Shown here one piece after another: positions 18,801-28,077 of a DNA stretch of 64,000 nucleotides. Both the position numbers and the translations under genes were made by a program. The DNA comes from Candidatus Bathyarchaeia archaeon (GTDB lineage Archaea; Thermoproteota; Bathyarchaeia; Bathyarchaeales; Bathycorpusculaceae). Numbering within the stretch: the stretch's first letter is position 1; every line of letters begins with the position of its first letter. A model generated the notes under the pieces. The model was not told the origin of the DNA and did not search any database. It was given only the letters and a program-made list of their open reading frames with translations. The DNA lies in NCBI GenBank assembly GCA_050010755.1, contig JBEKKK010000004.1:96001-160000 (forward strand), given 5' to 3'.

Positions 18801-19625
18801 TTAGAGGAATTTCTCGTAAGAGTTTAGATGTGGATTTTTCTGTTTGGAGACATAAAGCTTGCCGTTTCCGTTTTCCACGCGGTCTCCGAGAAAGACGTAG
18901 AGGGGTCCTTCGGCCACTTCGTTTTCTTCAATTTTTACTTTCGGTCTGATGCCGTCTATGGTGAATGAGGGGAGTACAGACTCCAGGTGCCCTCCTACTA
19001 TGATTTTGCCGTCTACCATGCATGCTCCTGTCCTTCCTTCACAGTTTCCTTGAACGTAGATTGTTCCGTCATGCATGCGGAAGCCAGCGAATTGGCCTGC
19101 ATTGCCATAGATTTTGATGATGCCCTTCTTCATATTCGCTCCCACCTCGGTTCCAGCGTTTCCCCGAATGATTATTCTTCCCCCGTGCATGCCCTCTGTG
19201 CTTCCCCGGTAAGGGGCGCCCAAGTAGTCGCCTGCGCTTCCTTGAATTTCGATCGTGCCCCCCTTCATCATCGAACCCGCCCATGCTCCGGCGTTTCCGT
19301 GAACGGTAATGCTGCCGCTCTTCATCTCTTCGCCGAGGTGCATTCCTGCGTCGCCGTTGATTGTTATCTCTCCGTTCTTCATTCCTAACCCGATTCTTCG
19401 AACCTGGCTGACGTCTCCGTAAACGGATATGGCTGGGATGTCAGGGCTGTTTTCTGTTTTGACTTCGTCAATCTTGAAGAGTTCACAGAGTTTTTTCTGT
19501 TTGTTGCCTTCCCAAACTTGCAAAGCTTCGATTTCGCTCAAAGTCTTTCCTGAGAAAACATCCGGGTTTATGCACTCGGCTTGGACTGGAAACCTGAAAT
19601 CCTTCAGAGGGCGCAGGTTTATCAT
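18801..19625 (-). CDS. fwdC: Formylmethanofuran dehydrogenase subunit C
   Basis: I.PD, VWEGN, Gly-rich beta-helix repeats GxxMxxGxIxIxGNAG, G.YRG...GM.GG. Confidence 0.94.
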   Translation of the reverse strand: MINLRPLKDFRFPVQAECINPDVFSGKTLSEIEALQVWEGNKQKKLCELFKIDEVKTENSPDIPAISVYGDVSQVRRIGLGMKNGEITINGDAGMHLGEEMKSGSITVHGNAGAWAGSMMKGGTIEIQGSAGDYLGAPYRGSTEGMHGGRIIIRGNAGTEVGANMKKGIIKIYGNAGQFAGFRMHDGTIYVQGNCEGRTGACMVDGKIIVGGHLESVLPSFTIDGIRPKVKIEENEVAEGPLYVFLGDRVENGNGKLYVSKQKNPHLNSYEKFL

Positions 19626-21317
19626 TTATACACTAGCCTTCACGGTTATCGGGTTCAACCCCTTGAGGTGCTCCCCGCTTACAGGATAGTTTTCGTACTC
19701 AACTGTCCAATACTCTTTGAACCTTCTCTTCATGTCATCGGTTATTCTTGCAGGTTCGGAGACCTCTACGTCAAGCCACATCGTGCGGCCGTCAACGTGC
19801 TTGAGAACCGCGCCGTCCCTGACAACAAGCTCTCCTCCTTTTATGGTGTAGGCGGCGCGTCTGAACGCTCTTCTCACGGTTCTGTACTTTCTTGAAATGT
19901 CGGTTGTTTCGGGGTTTACGTTGTAAACGGCCACGTCAGCGTCGGCTCCTACGCCTAGATGTCCCTTGTTCTTCAGACCTAGGGCCCTGGCTTGTCCCGC
20001 CCTCGTCACAGTTGCGATTTCGTAGAGGCTTAGCTCCCGATCAATCGACGGCAGAAGGCTTCGGCTGCGCGCCCGAGCGTTGATTCTCTTCAAGCTTGCT
20101 TCTCTCGCTTTCTTGCTTATGAGCCAAGCGATAATCTTCGGATAAGCCGTGAAAGGCCCCCCGTTAGGATGGTCTGTCGTCATCAATATTCTCCAAGGAT
20201 CCTTGATGAGGAGGGCCAGTTCTAGGCCGATGGACCACTGGACCGCATGAACGTAGCTTTTACGATGGTAACGGAAAGGCACGATGCCCCCGCTTGTCTC
20301 GGTTTCCACATCATGGTTCACCCACTTGTTCCCGGTGAGTCCATAAAGCGCGTATTGGAATGGGCCGTCAGCGGTCATGGTTGTCGTGTCCGTGAATATT
20401 ACTTGACCCATATCCATAGTCGCGTGAATGTGACCGTTCATGTAGGTTGCTATCTCTTCTGCTCCTGACTCCAGTGTTCTCCAGTCATCGCCCTTGAATG
20501 CGCTGAATTGACAGTGCGTCAAATGAATTACGGGCTTGTCTCCGGTTGCTAGGTCTTCGACGCACTTCAGAGTTTCTAGGGCGGTTGTGTAGTTTCCCGG
20601 CTTTCCGAGGTTGTTTGCGTGAACGTGAATTGTGTGTGGAAGGTTCAGGAGTTTGTTTGCTTTACACAGCCCGCGGATGATCTCTCGCGGCGTCGTACAG
20701 AAGTGAGGGACCTGATCGTCCAGATCTTTGACGTTTTGGCCGAAGCCCCAAGCTTCAAGTCCACCTGGGTTGACGATTTTTATGGCATACCCTTTCGTCG
20801 AACTCATAATCCAAGCGATGTGTCTCGCGCATTCCTCGATTTTTCCTTGGGCCAAGTATTCAAGTGCGAACCACCAGTCGCCCAGAAGCGGGTAAGAAGC
20901 CTTGTCAAGCATCGGGGTGTCGTTTAACTCTTCGTGTGTGTGCTTCGCCTCCAGAGGCGGCATAGATGGGTTCATTATCGTCGTGTACCCCATTCTGGCG
21001 TAGCGGTAGCCCGTGGTGAACGTCGAAGGAATAGAACGACCGACTCCAGCCCTCGTCACTGACGTTTTTGATTCAAAATCTCTGAAGTGGTCTTCGGGCC
21101 TCAGAAGTCTCCCTGTGTTGACCTCCGAGCCAGCGATGTGAGTGTGAATATCAACGCCGCCGGGCATAACAGTCATTCCAGAGGCATCGATCTTTCTTGC
21201 TCTTCTTGCGCTGACGCTTTCGACGATTTTTCCATCTCTGATGGCGATGTCCATCTTTTCGCCGTTGACACCGTTCAGTGGGTCGTAGACGAAGCCGTTC
21301 TTTATTAGAAGCTCCAT
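19626..21317 (-). CDS. fwdA: Formylmethanofuran dehydrogenase subunit A (amidohydrolase)
   Basis: IKNGFVYDP.NG, PGGVDIHTHIAG, RPEDH, TGYRYARMGYT, KIVNPGG, HVHANNLG, TTMTADGP, TTDHPNGGPF, GADADVAVY. Confidence 0.96.
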   Translation of the reverse strand: MELLIKNGFVYDPLNGVNGEKMDIAIRDGKIVESVSARRARKIDASGMTVMPGGVDIHTHIAGSEVNTGRLLRPEDHFRDFESKTSVTRAGVGRSIPSTFTTGYRYARMGYTTIMNPSMPPLEAKHTHEELNDTPMLDKASYPLLGDWWFALEYLAQGKIEECARHIAWIMSSTKGYAIKIVNPGGLEAWGFGQNVKDLDDQVPHFCTTPREIIRGLCKANKLLNLPHTIHVHANNLGKPGNYTTALETLKCVEDLATGDKPVIHLTHCQFSAFKGDDWRTLESGAEEIATYMNGHIHATMDMGQVIFTDTTTMTADGPFQYALYGLTGNKWVNHDVETETSGGIVPFRYHRKSYVHAVQWSIGLELALLIKDPWRILMTTDHPNGGPFTAYPKIIAWLISKKAREASLKRINARARSRSLLPSIDRELSLYEIATVTRAGQARALGLKNKGHLGVGADADVAVYNVNPETTDISRKYRTVRRAFRRAAYTIKGGELVVRDGAVLKHVDGRTMWLDVEVSEPARITDDMKRRFKEYWTVEYENYPVSGEHLKGLNPITVKASV

Positions 21318-22781
21318 TCACTTCACCTCTGTTGGGAGTTTCTTTCTCTTTTTCACTTTCCTTACCTCCAGCAGCAGTCTTCTCAGAATTTCCTCGTCCG
21401 ACAAAACCCCTCTGGGAGGTTCAACAACTTTCTTGAGCGGAAGAGGCACGTGATCCATGCGGTAGGCTGTTCCACTAGCTTCTATTCCAACGAAGGCCGA
21501 GGGGAATACGATGTCAGCCATCTGGCTCGTCGCGTTCATGTGTGGATCTATGGCTATCAGGGGATTGTTCACCAGGTGTTCAGCTGCTTTTCTTGGAAAG
21601 TTTGAAACGGGGTCTGAAGCGATTACTAACGCCGCATCTGATTCTTTCCGCAGGAGAACATCGATGGCGGAGGTCTCTCCAGGATTGTACCTCGGATAGC
21701 CCAAGGAAAAATCAACTGCGTAGGGGTAGCCCGTCTGCCACAGGAAAACCGTGTCTGCGCCCGAGACGTTGAAGTGTCCTCGCATGGGCATTATGACGAA
21801 TTTGGTTCTTGCGTTTAGATCGCGAGCTAAGTGCAACGCCGCGTCTACATTCCGCAGTTTGCCCTTGCTCATGGTAAGTCCAAGACCGAAAAAGATGACT
21901 CCGAAATTGCAGCCGACCATTGCTTCAGAGACTTCTTCCAAGTATTCAACGGGCACGCCAGCGACCTTGTCGGTCTCTATTTCTTGATCCCGAATCAGAG
22001 CTCTGAAGGCTTGCAGAAGCTCATAATCCTTGTTGGGTTCAACCTGAATGAAGTAGTCGGCGATTTCTGCCGTTCTGGTCTTTCTGACGTCTATCACTAT
22101 CAGTTTTCTGCCGGCTTTCAGGATTGCGGGACAGGGTCCGCGTTCAACTGGCGTTGATGAGACGGAAATTTTCTTTTTTGGCGAAACTTGTCTCAGTGCA
22201 CTCTCGACTTTTTTCTTTGCCGTTGCGGCCTTGGTTCTTGTGACGTAGGATCTCCATTCGCTTCTCTCAAACTTTCCTTCAGATAGCGTCGTATACCTCT
22301 CTATGTGTCGGGGATGAGCACTCCAGGGGTTGCTTCCCCAATAGATAACTAGATCCGCCCTGTGTCTTATCTGCCCCAACGTGCATGAAGCAATGCCAAC
22401 GTCCTGAATGCCCAAGACTGAAGGGCCGTGGCACACGGTTGACGTGTTGTCAATTACTCCTCCAACCTCCTCGGCGAGTTCGATGCCCACGCGTGTGGCT
22501 TCGCAGCTCGTGGAACTCCAACCATAGAGGAGGGGATAGTCTGCGTCAGCAAGAACTTCGGCAGCTTTGACGAGGGCTTCCCTGAAGGGCACTTCGACGA
22601 GTGTTCCGCTCTTTCTGATGAGCGGCTTCGGAAGCCGGTGTCCACTGTAACCTAAGAATTTAGATTCGCACATTGAACAGCCGTTCTTGACTTTGACAAT
22701 TCTCTTGTTCTTGATTGTCAGCTCTATGTCGTCGCAGAGACTTCCACAAACTGGACAGGTTACAGCCCTTACAATCGGCAT
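21318..22781 (-). CDS. fwdB: Formylmethanofuran dehydrogenase subunit B (W/Mo-bisPGD)
   Basis: CPVCGSLCDD...C [4Fe-4S]; metal-ligand VCHGPS (Cys, not Sec); CTLG..RAD, HPRH..RY, PMRGHFNV, WQTGYP, YRMD. Start ATG 22781, 1 nt after the fwdD stop. Confidence 0.95.
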   Translation of the reverse strand: MPIVRAVTCPVCGSLCDDIELTIKNKRIVKVKNGCSMCESKFLGYSGHRLPKPLIRKSGTLVEVPFREALVKAAEVLADADYPLLYGWSSTSCEATRVGIELAEEVGGVIDNTSTVCHGPSVLGIQDVGIASCTLGQIRHRADLVIYWGSNPWSAHPRHIERYTTLSEGKFERSEWRSYVTRTKAATAKKKVESALRQVSPKKKISVSSTPVERGPCPAILKAGRKLIVIDVRKTRTAEIADYFIQVEPNKDYELLQAFRALIRDQEIETDKVAGVPVEYLEEVSEAMVGCNFGVIFFGLGLTMSKGKLRNVDAALHLARDLNARTKFVIMPMRGHFNVSGADTVFLWQTGYPYAVDFSLGYPRYNPGETSAIDVLLRKESDAALVIASDPVSNFPRKAAEHLVNNPLIAIDPHMNATSQMADIVFPSAFVGIEASGTAYRMDHVPLPLKKVVEPPRGVLSDEEILRRLLLEVRKVKKRKKLPTEVK

Positions 22782-22782
22782 T

Positions 22783-23190
22783 TTATCCCTTCCCGAACTG
22801 CTCTCTGAGAAGTTCACTCAAGCCGAGAACCGCTTTATCAGGAGCAGCCTCGATTTCCGCTGGAATGCCCTTTAGAGAAGGCATGCCGACGCTGTCAGTT
22901 TCCGTGCTGACGACTCTGTTTGCCCAGACACCATAAGGAATAAAAATTACGCCCGTATGTGGTCCTCTCGGAGATTTCAAGGCCTTAAGAATCACGGAAC
23001 CATTGTCTGTCGAAACACGAACATTGGTTCCTCCTCGTATCCCAAGCTTCTTCATATCCACAGGGTCAACGTAGCAAACCGCAACACTTTTAAAATAATC
23101 TTCCGAAGCCTTCCCACGTTCTTTGCCCACACCCTGCTCTATCGTTCGCCCAGTCAACAAAGTAACCTTAAGCTTCGAATTCATTTCCAT
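22783..23190 (-). CDS. fwdD: Formylmethanofuran dehydrogenase subunit D
   Basis: LLTGRTIEQG..KE.GK...Y, D..KLG, FIPYG.WAN, T...GMP..KG. Start ATG 23190 or 23184. Confidence 0.92.
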   Translation of the reverse strand: MEMNSKLKVTLLTGRTIEQGVGKERGKASEDYFKSVAVCYVDPVDMKKLGIRGGTNVRVSTDNGSVILKALKSPRGPHTGVIFIPYGVWANRVVSTETDSVGMPSLKGIPAEIEAAPDKAVLGLSELLREQFGKG

Positions 23191-23453
23191 CCTTCGACCA
23201 CAGCTTAACCATCTATACTGAAGCTTGAAAACCCCTTTCAAGTTAATTCTGACTATTCAATCCGACTAGTTGATGCGCTGAATCAAAGATTCTCCTACGC
23301 ATTCCAACAAATTAAACTTGCCGTCAGATAATGCGAGAAACAGTCATTGAAGTTGATAATTTCGAAAAACAGGCCTTCCGGATTCTGCCAGGTCATTCTA
23401 GACACCTGGCCACTCGTAACCTCAACTATTTGTCCATTGGCAAACCATGAAGA

Positions 23454-23936
23454 CTACAGGTAAGGTCCAAAAACAAAAGGATTTCCCGTGCCTTGGTTTG
23501 TCAGCCGTACTTGGATTGCGGTTTCTATGAATATATAGGCCATTAGCGCCAAGGCCAATCCGATTATTAGCAGCACGTAGGCCTTTCTGGGCTTGTAGAC
23601 ATAACTTGTGCTTCGATGCATCGCCAGTAGTCCGATCGCTCCCAGAGAATAGGCAATTGCGACGAGCATGCTGTCGCTCAAGAATTGTTCGGGACCGGAT
23701 GGAGCGCCAATGACATACCCGAATGGGAAGAAACCCGCCACTGGTGGCCTCAGGATCAAATCATATACACCACCCGCGAAGAGAAAGACAGCAAGAGCAA
23801 TCGCTAATGTTGGCACGACGAGACTCGACCAATTAACAGTTGTGATTGCCCGATTTATCCTCAATGCTATTTTATGAAAAATCTTCCTGACCCAGAAGGA
23901 CATTGAAGAAAAACCCCTTTTAACAGTTCCGCTCAT
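23454..23936 (-). CDS. OSTC/DC2 (OST3/OST6-family) oligosaccharyltransferase accessory subunit-like membrane protein
   Basis: Three TM segments. FLFAGGVYDLILRPP...EQFLSDSM..AIAYSLGAIGLL..HRS mirrors the eukaryotic OSTC pattern FLxxGGxxYDxIxxPP...QYxxEG..xxxLFxxGGxGxI..DRS. Confidence 0.65.
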   Translation of the reverse strand: MSGTVKRGFSSMSFWVRKIFHKIALRINRAITTVNWSSLVVPTLAIALAVFLFAGGVYDLILRPPVAGFFPFGYVIGAPSGPEQFLSDSMLVAIAYSLGAIGLLAMHRSTSYVYKPRKAYVLLIIGLALALMAYIFIETAIQVRLTNQGTGNPFVFGPYL

Positions 23937-24290
23937 AATTGATTCTCCGCTTCAATCAAACGCTGGGCCATCTTCTCCTTCACGCTTGTCCAAAGATTCT
24001 ACGCAATCTCCCTATAATAATCTTGTTAATTGCGATTTTGATTGATTCTGTGGTGCTTTTTTATTAATTTGATGCGTTTATCCAGTTTATTAGCTGACAA
24101 AAGAATATGGGAACGCAAGCAAAAAATAGCCTGACAGAAAACGTTGTTTCCGAAGTCATTTGCGTCGAGAAAAGAGTACACTCCAACCCTGAGGTATGCA
24201 CGGCATCACACCCGAGAACATAGATTGATAATCACTCCATAACCTTATGAAAGGTCGAAAGTGATACTGTTTGAGACGGCGAATAGATGG

Positions 24291-25322
24291 ATGAAAGCTC
24301 GAGAAGGCGATTTGATAGAAAGTGAAGCTAACCTGATTTTCGATGTCAAAGGCCTAGTCCACCCTCCTAATCGAGTCGTCGCCTTCATCCGTTATTTTCC
24401 AGACGAGAAAGGCAACAGAACGAGGGAAGGGAAGCATTTTGGCAAGGTCTATTCTCTTCCGAGAAGATACGCACTCTTGAAGGAAAGGTTCCCCGGATAC
24501 CTTGTCTATGACCCTGTTTTTGATGAAACTCTGTGCGAAGTCCCAGCCGAAAATGTCAAAGAAATCTACAAGCCAGCTGACAAGCTTCAGGAACTGCGCA
24601 AGTCCAAAAATCTGGATCCGGTTCAGGACAAGGCCCTCCGATTTGCCGAACTCTTGAAAGAAAGCGCAGGTATCAAGTGGAATAACTTGGGGATTTCAGG
24701 TTCCATCATGGTTGGACTTCACACGGCAGAGTCGGACATCGATCCTGTCGTTTATGGCTCGGAAAACTGCAGGAAAGTGTATTCGGCATTGAAGAGCATG
24801 TTCGAAAACGGGAACGAATCCGTCAAGGCTTATTCAAAGAAGGATATGAAAGCGTTGTTCGACTTTCGTTCGAAGGATACTGCAATAGGGTTCGAAGACT
24901 TCGTACGAATGGAATCGAGGAAAGTGATGGAAGGCAAATTCGACGCAACGGACTATTTTGTCCGCTTCGTGAAAGACTGGAATGAAATTGACGAAAACTA
25001 CGGGGATGTTCAATACAAGAACGTCGGCAACGCGAGGATAGAAGCCACCGTAATCGATGATTCAGAATCAACGTTTACCCCATGCACCTACAAGGTCGAA
25101 AATGTCAAGCTGCTCGAAGGATCGAAAGTCGACCACATCGAGGAAATTGCGTCTTTTCGAGGCAGATTCTGTGAACAAGCCAAAGAAGGCGAAACCGTGT
25201 TGGCACAGGGAAAGGTCGAATGCGTCACACTTCGAAGGAAAAATAGTGAACATTTTAGACTCTTAGTCGGAGGCAGGCTTACGGACCATATCGTTCTGAA
25301 GCATCGAGTCCATTCGAGCTAG
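24291..25322 (+). CDS. COG1665-like predicted nucleotidyltransferase, paralog 1
   Basis: N-terminal EGD.I...IFDVKGLVHPP.RV.A..RY.P; NTase GISGS..GLH..SDIDPVVYG; OB-like C-terminus F.P..Y...S..G.F...A..GE.V...G.VE. Confidence 0.8.
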   Translation: MKAREGDLIESEANLIFDVKGLVHPPNRVVAFIRYFPDEKGNRTREGKHFGKVYSLPRRYALLKERFPGYLVYDPVFDETLCEVPAENVKEIYKPADKLQELRKSKNLDPVQDKALRFAELLKESAGIKWNNLGISGSIMVGLHTAESDIDPVVYGSENCRKVYSALKSMFENGNESVKAYSKKDMKALFDFRSKDTAIGFEDFVRMESRKVMEGKFDATDYFVRFVKDWNEIDENYGDVQYKNVGNARIEATVIDDSESTFTPCTYKVENVKLLEGSKVDHIEEIASFRGRFCEQAKEGETVLAQGKVECVTLRRKNSEHFRLLVGGRLTDHIVLKHRVHSS

Positions 25323-25397
25323 CGAGTTCCCGTCTTCAACTGCGAGCGGGTATAGCATATTCCAGGCGGGGCATTTGAGAGAATGTGCAGGAGTGTT

Positions 25398-26471
25398 TCA
25401 CATTCTGGCTACTTTCAGAACCTGTTCATAATATCTTGGACAATAGGTCAACGCTATTTGGAAGCATTGGTCCTTGTCGCCAGTGACTTCTTCGAGATTT
25501 CCTTCGACGTAGATGGTTTCGTCTCTGAAAGCTTGCATTCGGAATTCTTCCACGTAAGAGATAACTCGTTTGACTTGTTGAGCTTGTCTTACTCCCTCGA
25601 GGATTTTCAACGGTTCGATGTTGTAGACTGATGGAATGAACGGAGCGTCCCTATCATCTCTTATTCGAGCAAACAGCTTTACCCAGCCTCGCTGCAGGAT
25701 CTTGTTCGCAGGGTTGTACTCGTTGCGTATCTCTTTCCAATCTTTCACTGGTTCAAACTCCGTCTTTATTGTCCTTGCAGTTCCCTTGTTTTCGAGTAAT
25801 GAATAGATGAGTTTCCTCTGCTGATGCCACAGGAATTCCTTCGGAGTGAAGTTTCGAAATCGCCACACCTTTCCACTTATCGACTTGTTTGTTTCAAATT
25901 CGTTCCGAAGCAGAGAGGACTTGGCCGTGTACAATTCGCCTAGTGTTTTGCGCAGTCTCGCCATGTTTTTTTCACCATAAACTGTGAGGTCGATATCCGA
26001 GAATTCAGGGTGATAGAAACCGTGAAGCATCGACCCGAACACGCCAAAGTTCTTAGTTGACAAACCAGACTGCTCCGTTGTAGTGTCCAAGACGTTGCCC
26101 ATTGCTGCAAGAAGGCTGTCCTTGGGTTCGGTTTGAATCAGTTTTGCAAGCACTCTTTCGGGCTTTCGAATGTTTCTGATGTCATGGTTTTTGACGCCTA
26201 CGACTTTCTTCTGGAGCATTTCGTGCAGAACCATGTACTGTGGATAGCTCTTTTCCAAGAACTTCCAACCTTCATCTTCGTAGAACTTGTAGAAGACACG
26301 TTGCCCTTTTTTTCTGAATGCTTTGGGGTTATCGGATTTGAACACGGCTGCGGGTGCGTATTCAGCATCGCACGCATGGGCATCTGGCGGGTGTGAGTAT
26401 CCAAACACTCTGAATATGAGGCCTTCGTCAGTGACGATTGCGTCGCGGTCTCTCAGTTTTGAAGTGGCCAA
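25398..26471 (-). CDS. COG1665-like predicted nucleotidyltransferase, paralog 2
   Basis: [20 protein letters not shown]; GVFGSMLHG....SDIDLTVYG; F.PS.Y...SY.EEF..QA..DE.I.VEG.LE. TTG start with GAGGAGG SD. Confidence 0.8.
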   Translation of the reverse strand: MATSKLRDRDAIVTDEGLIFRVFGYSHPPDAHACDAEYAPAAVFKSDNPKAFRKKGQRVFYKFYEDEGWKFLEKSYPQYMVLHEMLQKKVVGVKNHDIRNIRKPERVLAKLIQTEPKDSLLAAMGNVLDTTTEQSGLSTKNFGVFGSMLHGFYHPEFSDIDLTVYGEKNMARLRKTLGELYTAKSSLLRNEFETNKSISGKVWRFRNFTPKEFLWHQQRKLIYSLLENKGTARTIKTEFEPVKDWKEIRNEYNPANKILQRGWVKLFARIRDDRDAPFIPSVYNIEPLKILEGVRQAQQVKRVISYVEEFRMQAFRDETIYVEGNLEEVTGDKDQCFQIALTYCPRYYEQVLKVARM

Positions 26472-27475
26472 ATGTGCTCCTCCTCGCTGATGGCCGTTCC
26501 GACTACGACCTGATAAAAAACTTGGCCCGTTTCGACGTTTTTTGCTCGCTCCAGCATTCCTGAAACGCCAATCCTCTCCCCTCTTCGGGCAACGTTACGG
26601 TAGCAACCAATCATTGAAACAACAGTTTCCGGAACCTTACCTTCGCTAAGCTCTCCCGCTTCTACCACGTCGTAGTCCCCGATTCTGTAAGTGGCAGGTC
26701 GAAACATCGCTTCAGCATCGTCCTGAACCCTGCAGGTGAATTCCACAGGAGTCACGGCGTCATATTGCAGTTTGCCGTATTCTCCTCTGATTTCTTCGGG
26801 TCTCCGAATTGCGTTGTACATGAAAACCTTGTTCAGGTATTTTCCCTTATAGCGGCGACACGCATCTAAACGGTTGCTGAACTTGTAGCTCAGCTTGCCA
26901 TTTTCAACGAGTCTGTTTATCGTTGCTTCCAGCACGCGAAAGTTTTTCGCCCCGTAAACGACGAGGTCTATGTCCGATTTTGAAGTGTGCATGTTTAAGG
27001 CCACTGAGCCATGGAGACCGAAATCTTCCAACCCTATTTCTGATTCGGTCGACAGCAAATCAACAAGGTTTAAGCTCATCTTTTGCATGTTATCCTTGGT
27101 TTCAAGCCTGGCCAGATCACGTAGACAGTCCCTAGGAATGAATACCTTCTCGATAGAATCTAGTGGCGCGCTTATGATATCCTTTCTTCTGAAGGGGCAA
27201 TAGTAAACGTAGTCTGGGAAGTTATTTCGAAAGGTCTCCAGAAATGTCTGGTAGTTTTTTGCAGTGTACAGGTTTTCAGCTCGGAACAGCTTCTGCTCTT
27301 CATAGGTCCATGTGTTCTCTAAGTATTCGACGTTGAACAGCTTCTGAAAGGTAGCTGGGATGTATTTGAGGAAGGCGAAAACTCTTTTGGAGGGGTGCTC
27401 GTACCCGAAAACGTTGAAGATGAACCCGTCTCGGGTCGTGAAGGTATCTCCGTCTTCGGGAATCCAACGTTTCAG
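26453..27475 (-). CDS. COG1665-like predicted nucleotidyltransferase, paralog 3 (340 codons, apparent CTG start)
   Basis: Reading the frame upstream of the ORF-track start 27088 gives an uninterrupted (L)[39 protein letters not shown]... matching the N-termini of paralogs 1 and 2. NTase GLHGS...[10 protein letters not shown]. An in-frame TAG lies 3 codons upstream of CTG 27475. Confidence 0.78.
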   Translation of the reverse strand: MKRWIPEDGDTFTTRDGFIFNVFGYEHPSKRVFAFLKYIPATFQKLFNVEYLENTWTYEEQKLFRAENLYTAKNYQTFLETFRNNFPDYVYYCPFRRKDIISAPLDSIEKVFIPRDCLRDLARLETKDNMQKMSLNLVDLLSTESEIGLEDFGLHGSVALNMHTSKSDIDLVVYGAKNFRVLEATINRLVENGKLSYKFSNRLDACRRYKGKYLNKVFMYNAIRRPEEIRGEYGKLQYDAVTPVEFTCRVQDDAEAMFRPATYRIGDYDVVEAGELSEGKVPETVVSMIGCYRNVARRGERIGVSGMLERAKNVETGQVFYQVVVGTAISEEEHIWPLQN

Positions 27476-27585
27476 GTCCGTCTAAGGCGCCTCGACATGA
27501 TGTCGTTCGGAGTGACAAAAAAACCTATCGCAGAAAGCCATAACGCTTTAAGCAGGAGGACACTAAAGCAAATTTGCGTGATTAA

Positions 27586-28077
27586 TTGAACAGCAACTTA
27601 CATCCCTATGTAGTTTTTCTTCCTTCTGAACATAAGGTCAAGGTTCTGAGCGCCATCTTCGGTTCAAAAGCGGCTGTCGACATACTGAAATTCTCGCTCA
27701 AGCAGGGCATTTCGAACAAGATTTACCAGGGCGACCTCGTGAGGAAATTAGAATTTTCGAACAAGACCGTTATCGAAAACCTGAAGTCGCTGACCAAGCT
27801 TGGAATATTAACCGAGAAAATGGAGAAAACCGAGAAGAATGGCCGTATCACGTGGGTCAAAGCCTATCAGCTCGAGAGTGCGGGAAAATGGTTTGCACTC
27901 TTGTTAGCTGAAGAAAGAGAACTGTCCGACAAGGAGAAGGCGGAAATATTCCAAAGCCTCTTCAGAACCTACCTGCGATGGTCGAAGGATCTCTCCAAGA
28001 AACTGAACATAGATCTCAAAACGCTGGAAAGAGTCTTCACAGAAGAAATGCAGCGAACACAGGCGCGTGAGGCTTGA
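27586..28077 (+). CDS. Winged-helix DNA-binding protein (putative transcriptional regulator)
   Basis: IYQGDLVRKLEFSNKTVIENLKSLTKLGIL HTH followed by a beta-wing (WVKAYQL..AG). TTGA overlap with mobB. Confidence 0.7.
   Translation: MNSNLHPYVVFLPSEHKVKVLSAIFGSKAAVDILKFSLKQGISNKIYQGDLVRKLEFSNKTVIENLKSLTKLGILTEKMEKTEKNGRITWVKAYQLESAGKWFALLLAEERELSDKEKAEIFQSLFRTYLRWSKDLSKKLNIDLKTLERVFTEEMQRTQAREA

Noticed and set aside
23243-23453. Moco/Wco riboswitch upstream of fwdD
   Set aside because: Only one short stem is visible, and I could not find the conserved GNRA-capped multi-stem pattern of that motif.
26453-27518. Pseudogene or frameshift call for nucleotidyltransferase paralog 3
   Set aside because: Manual translation shows one uninterrupted frame from 27475 to 26453. 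Only a canonical start is missing.
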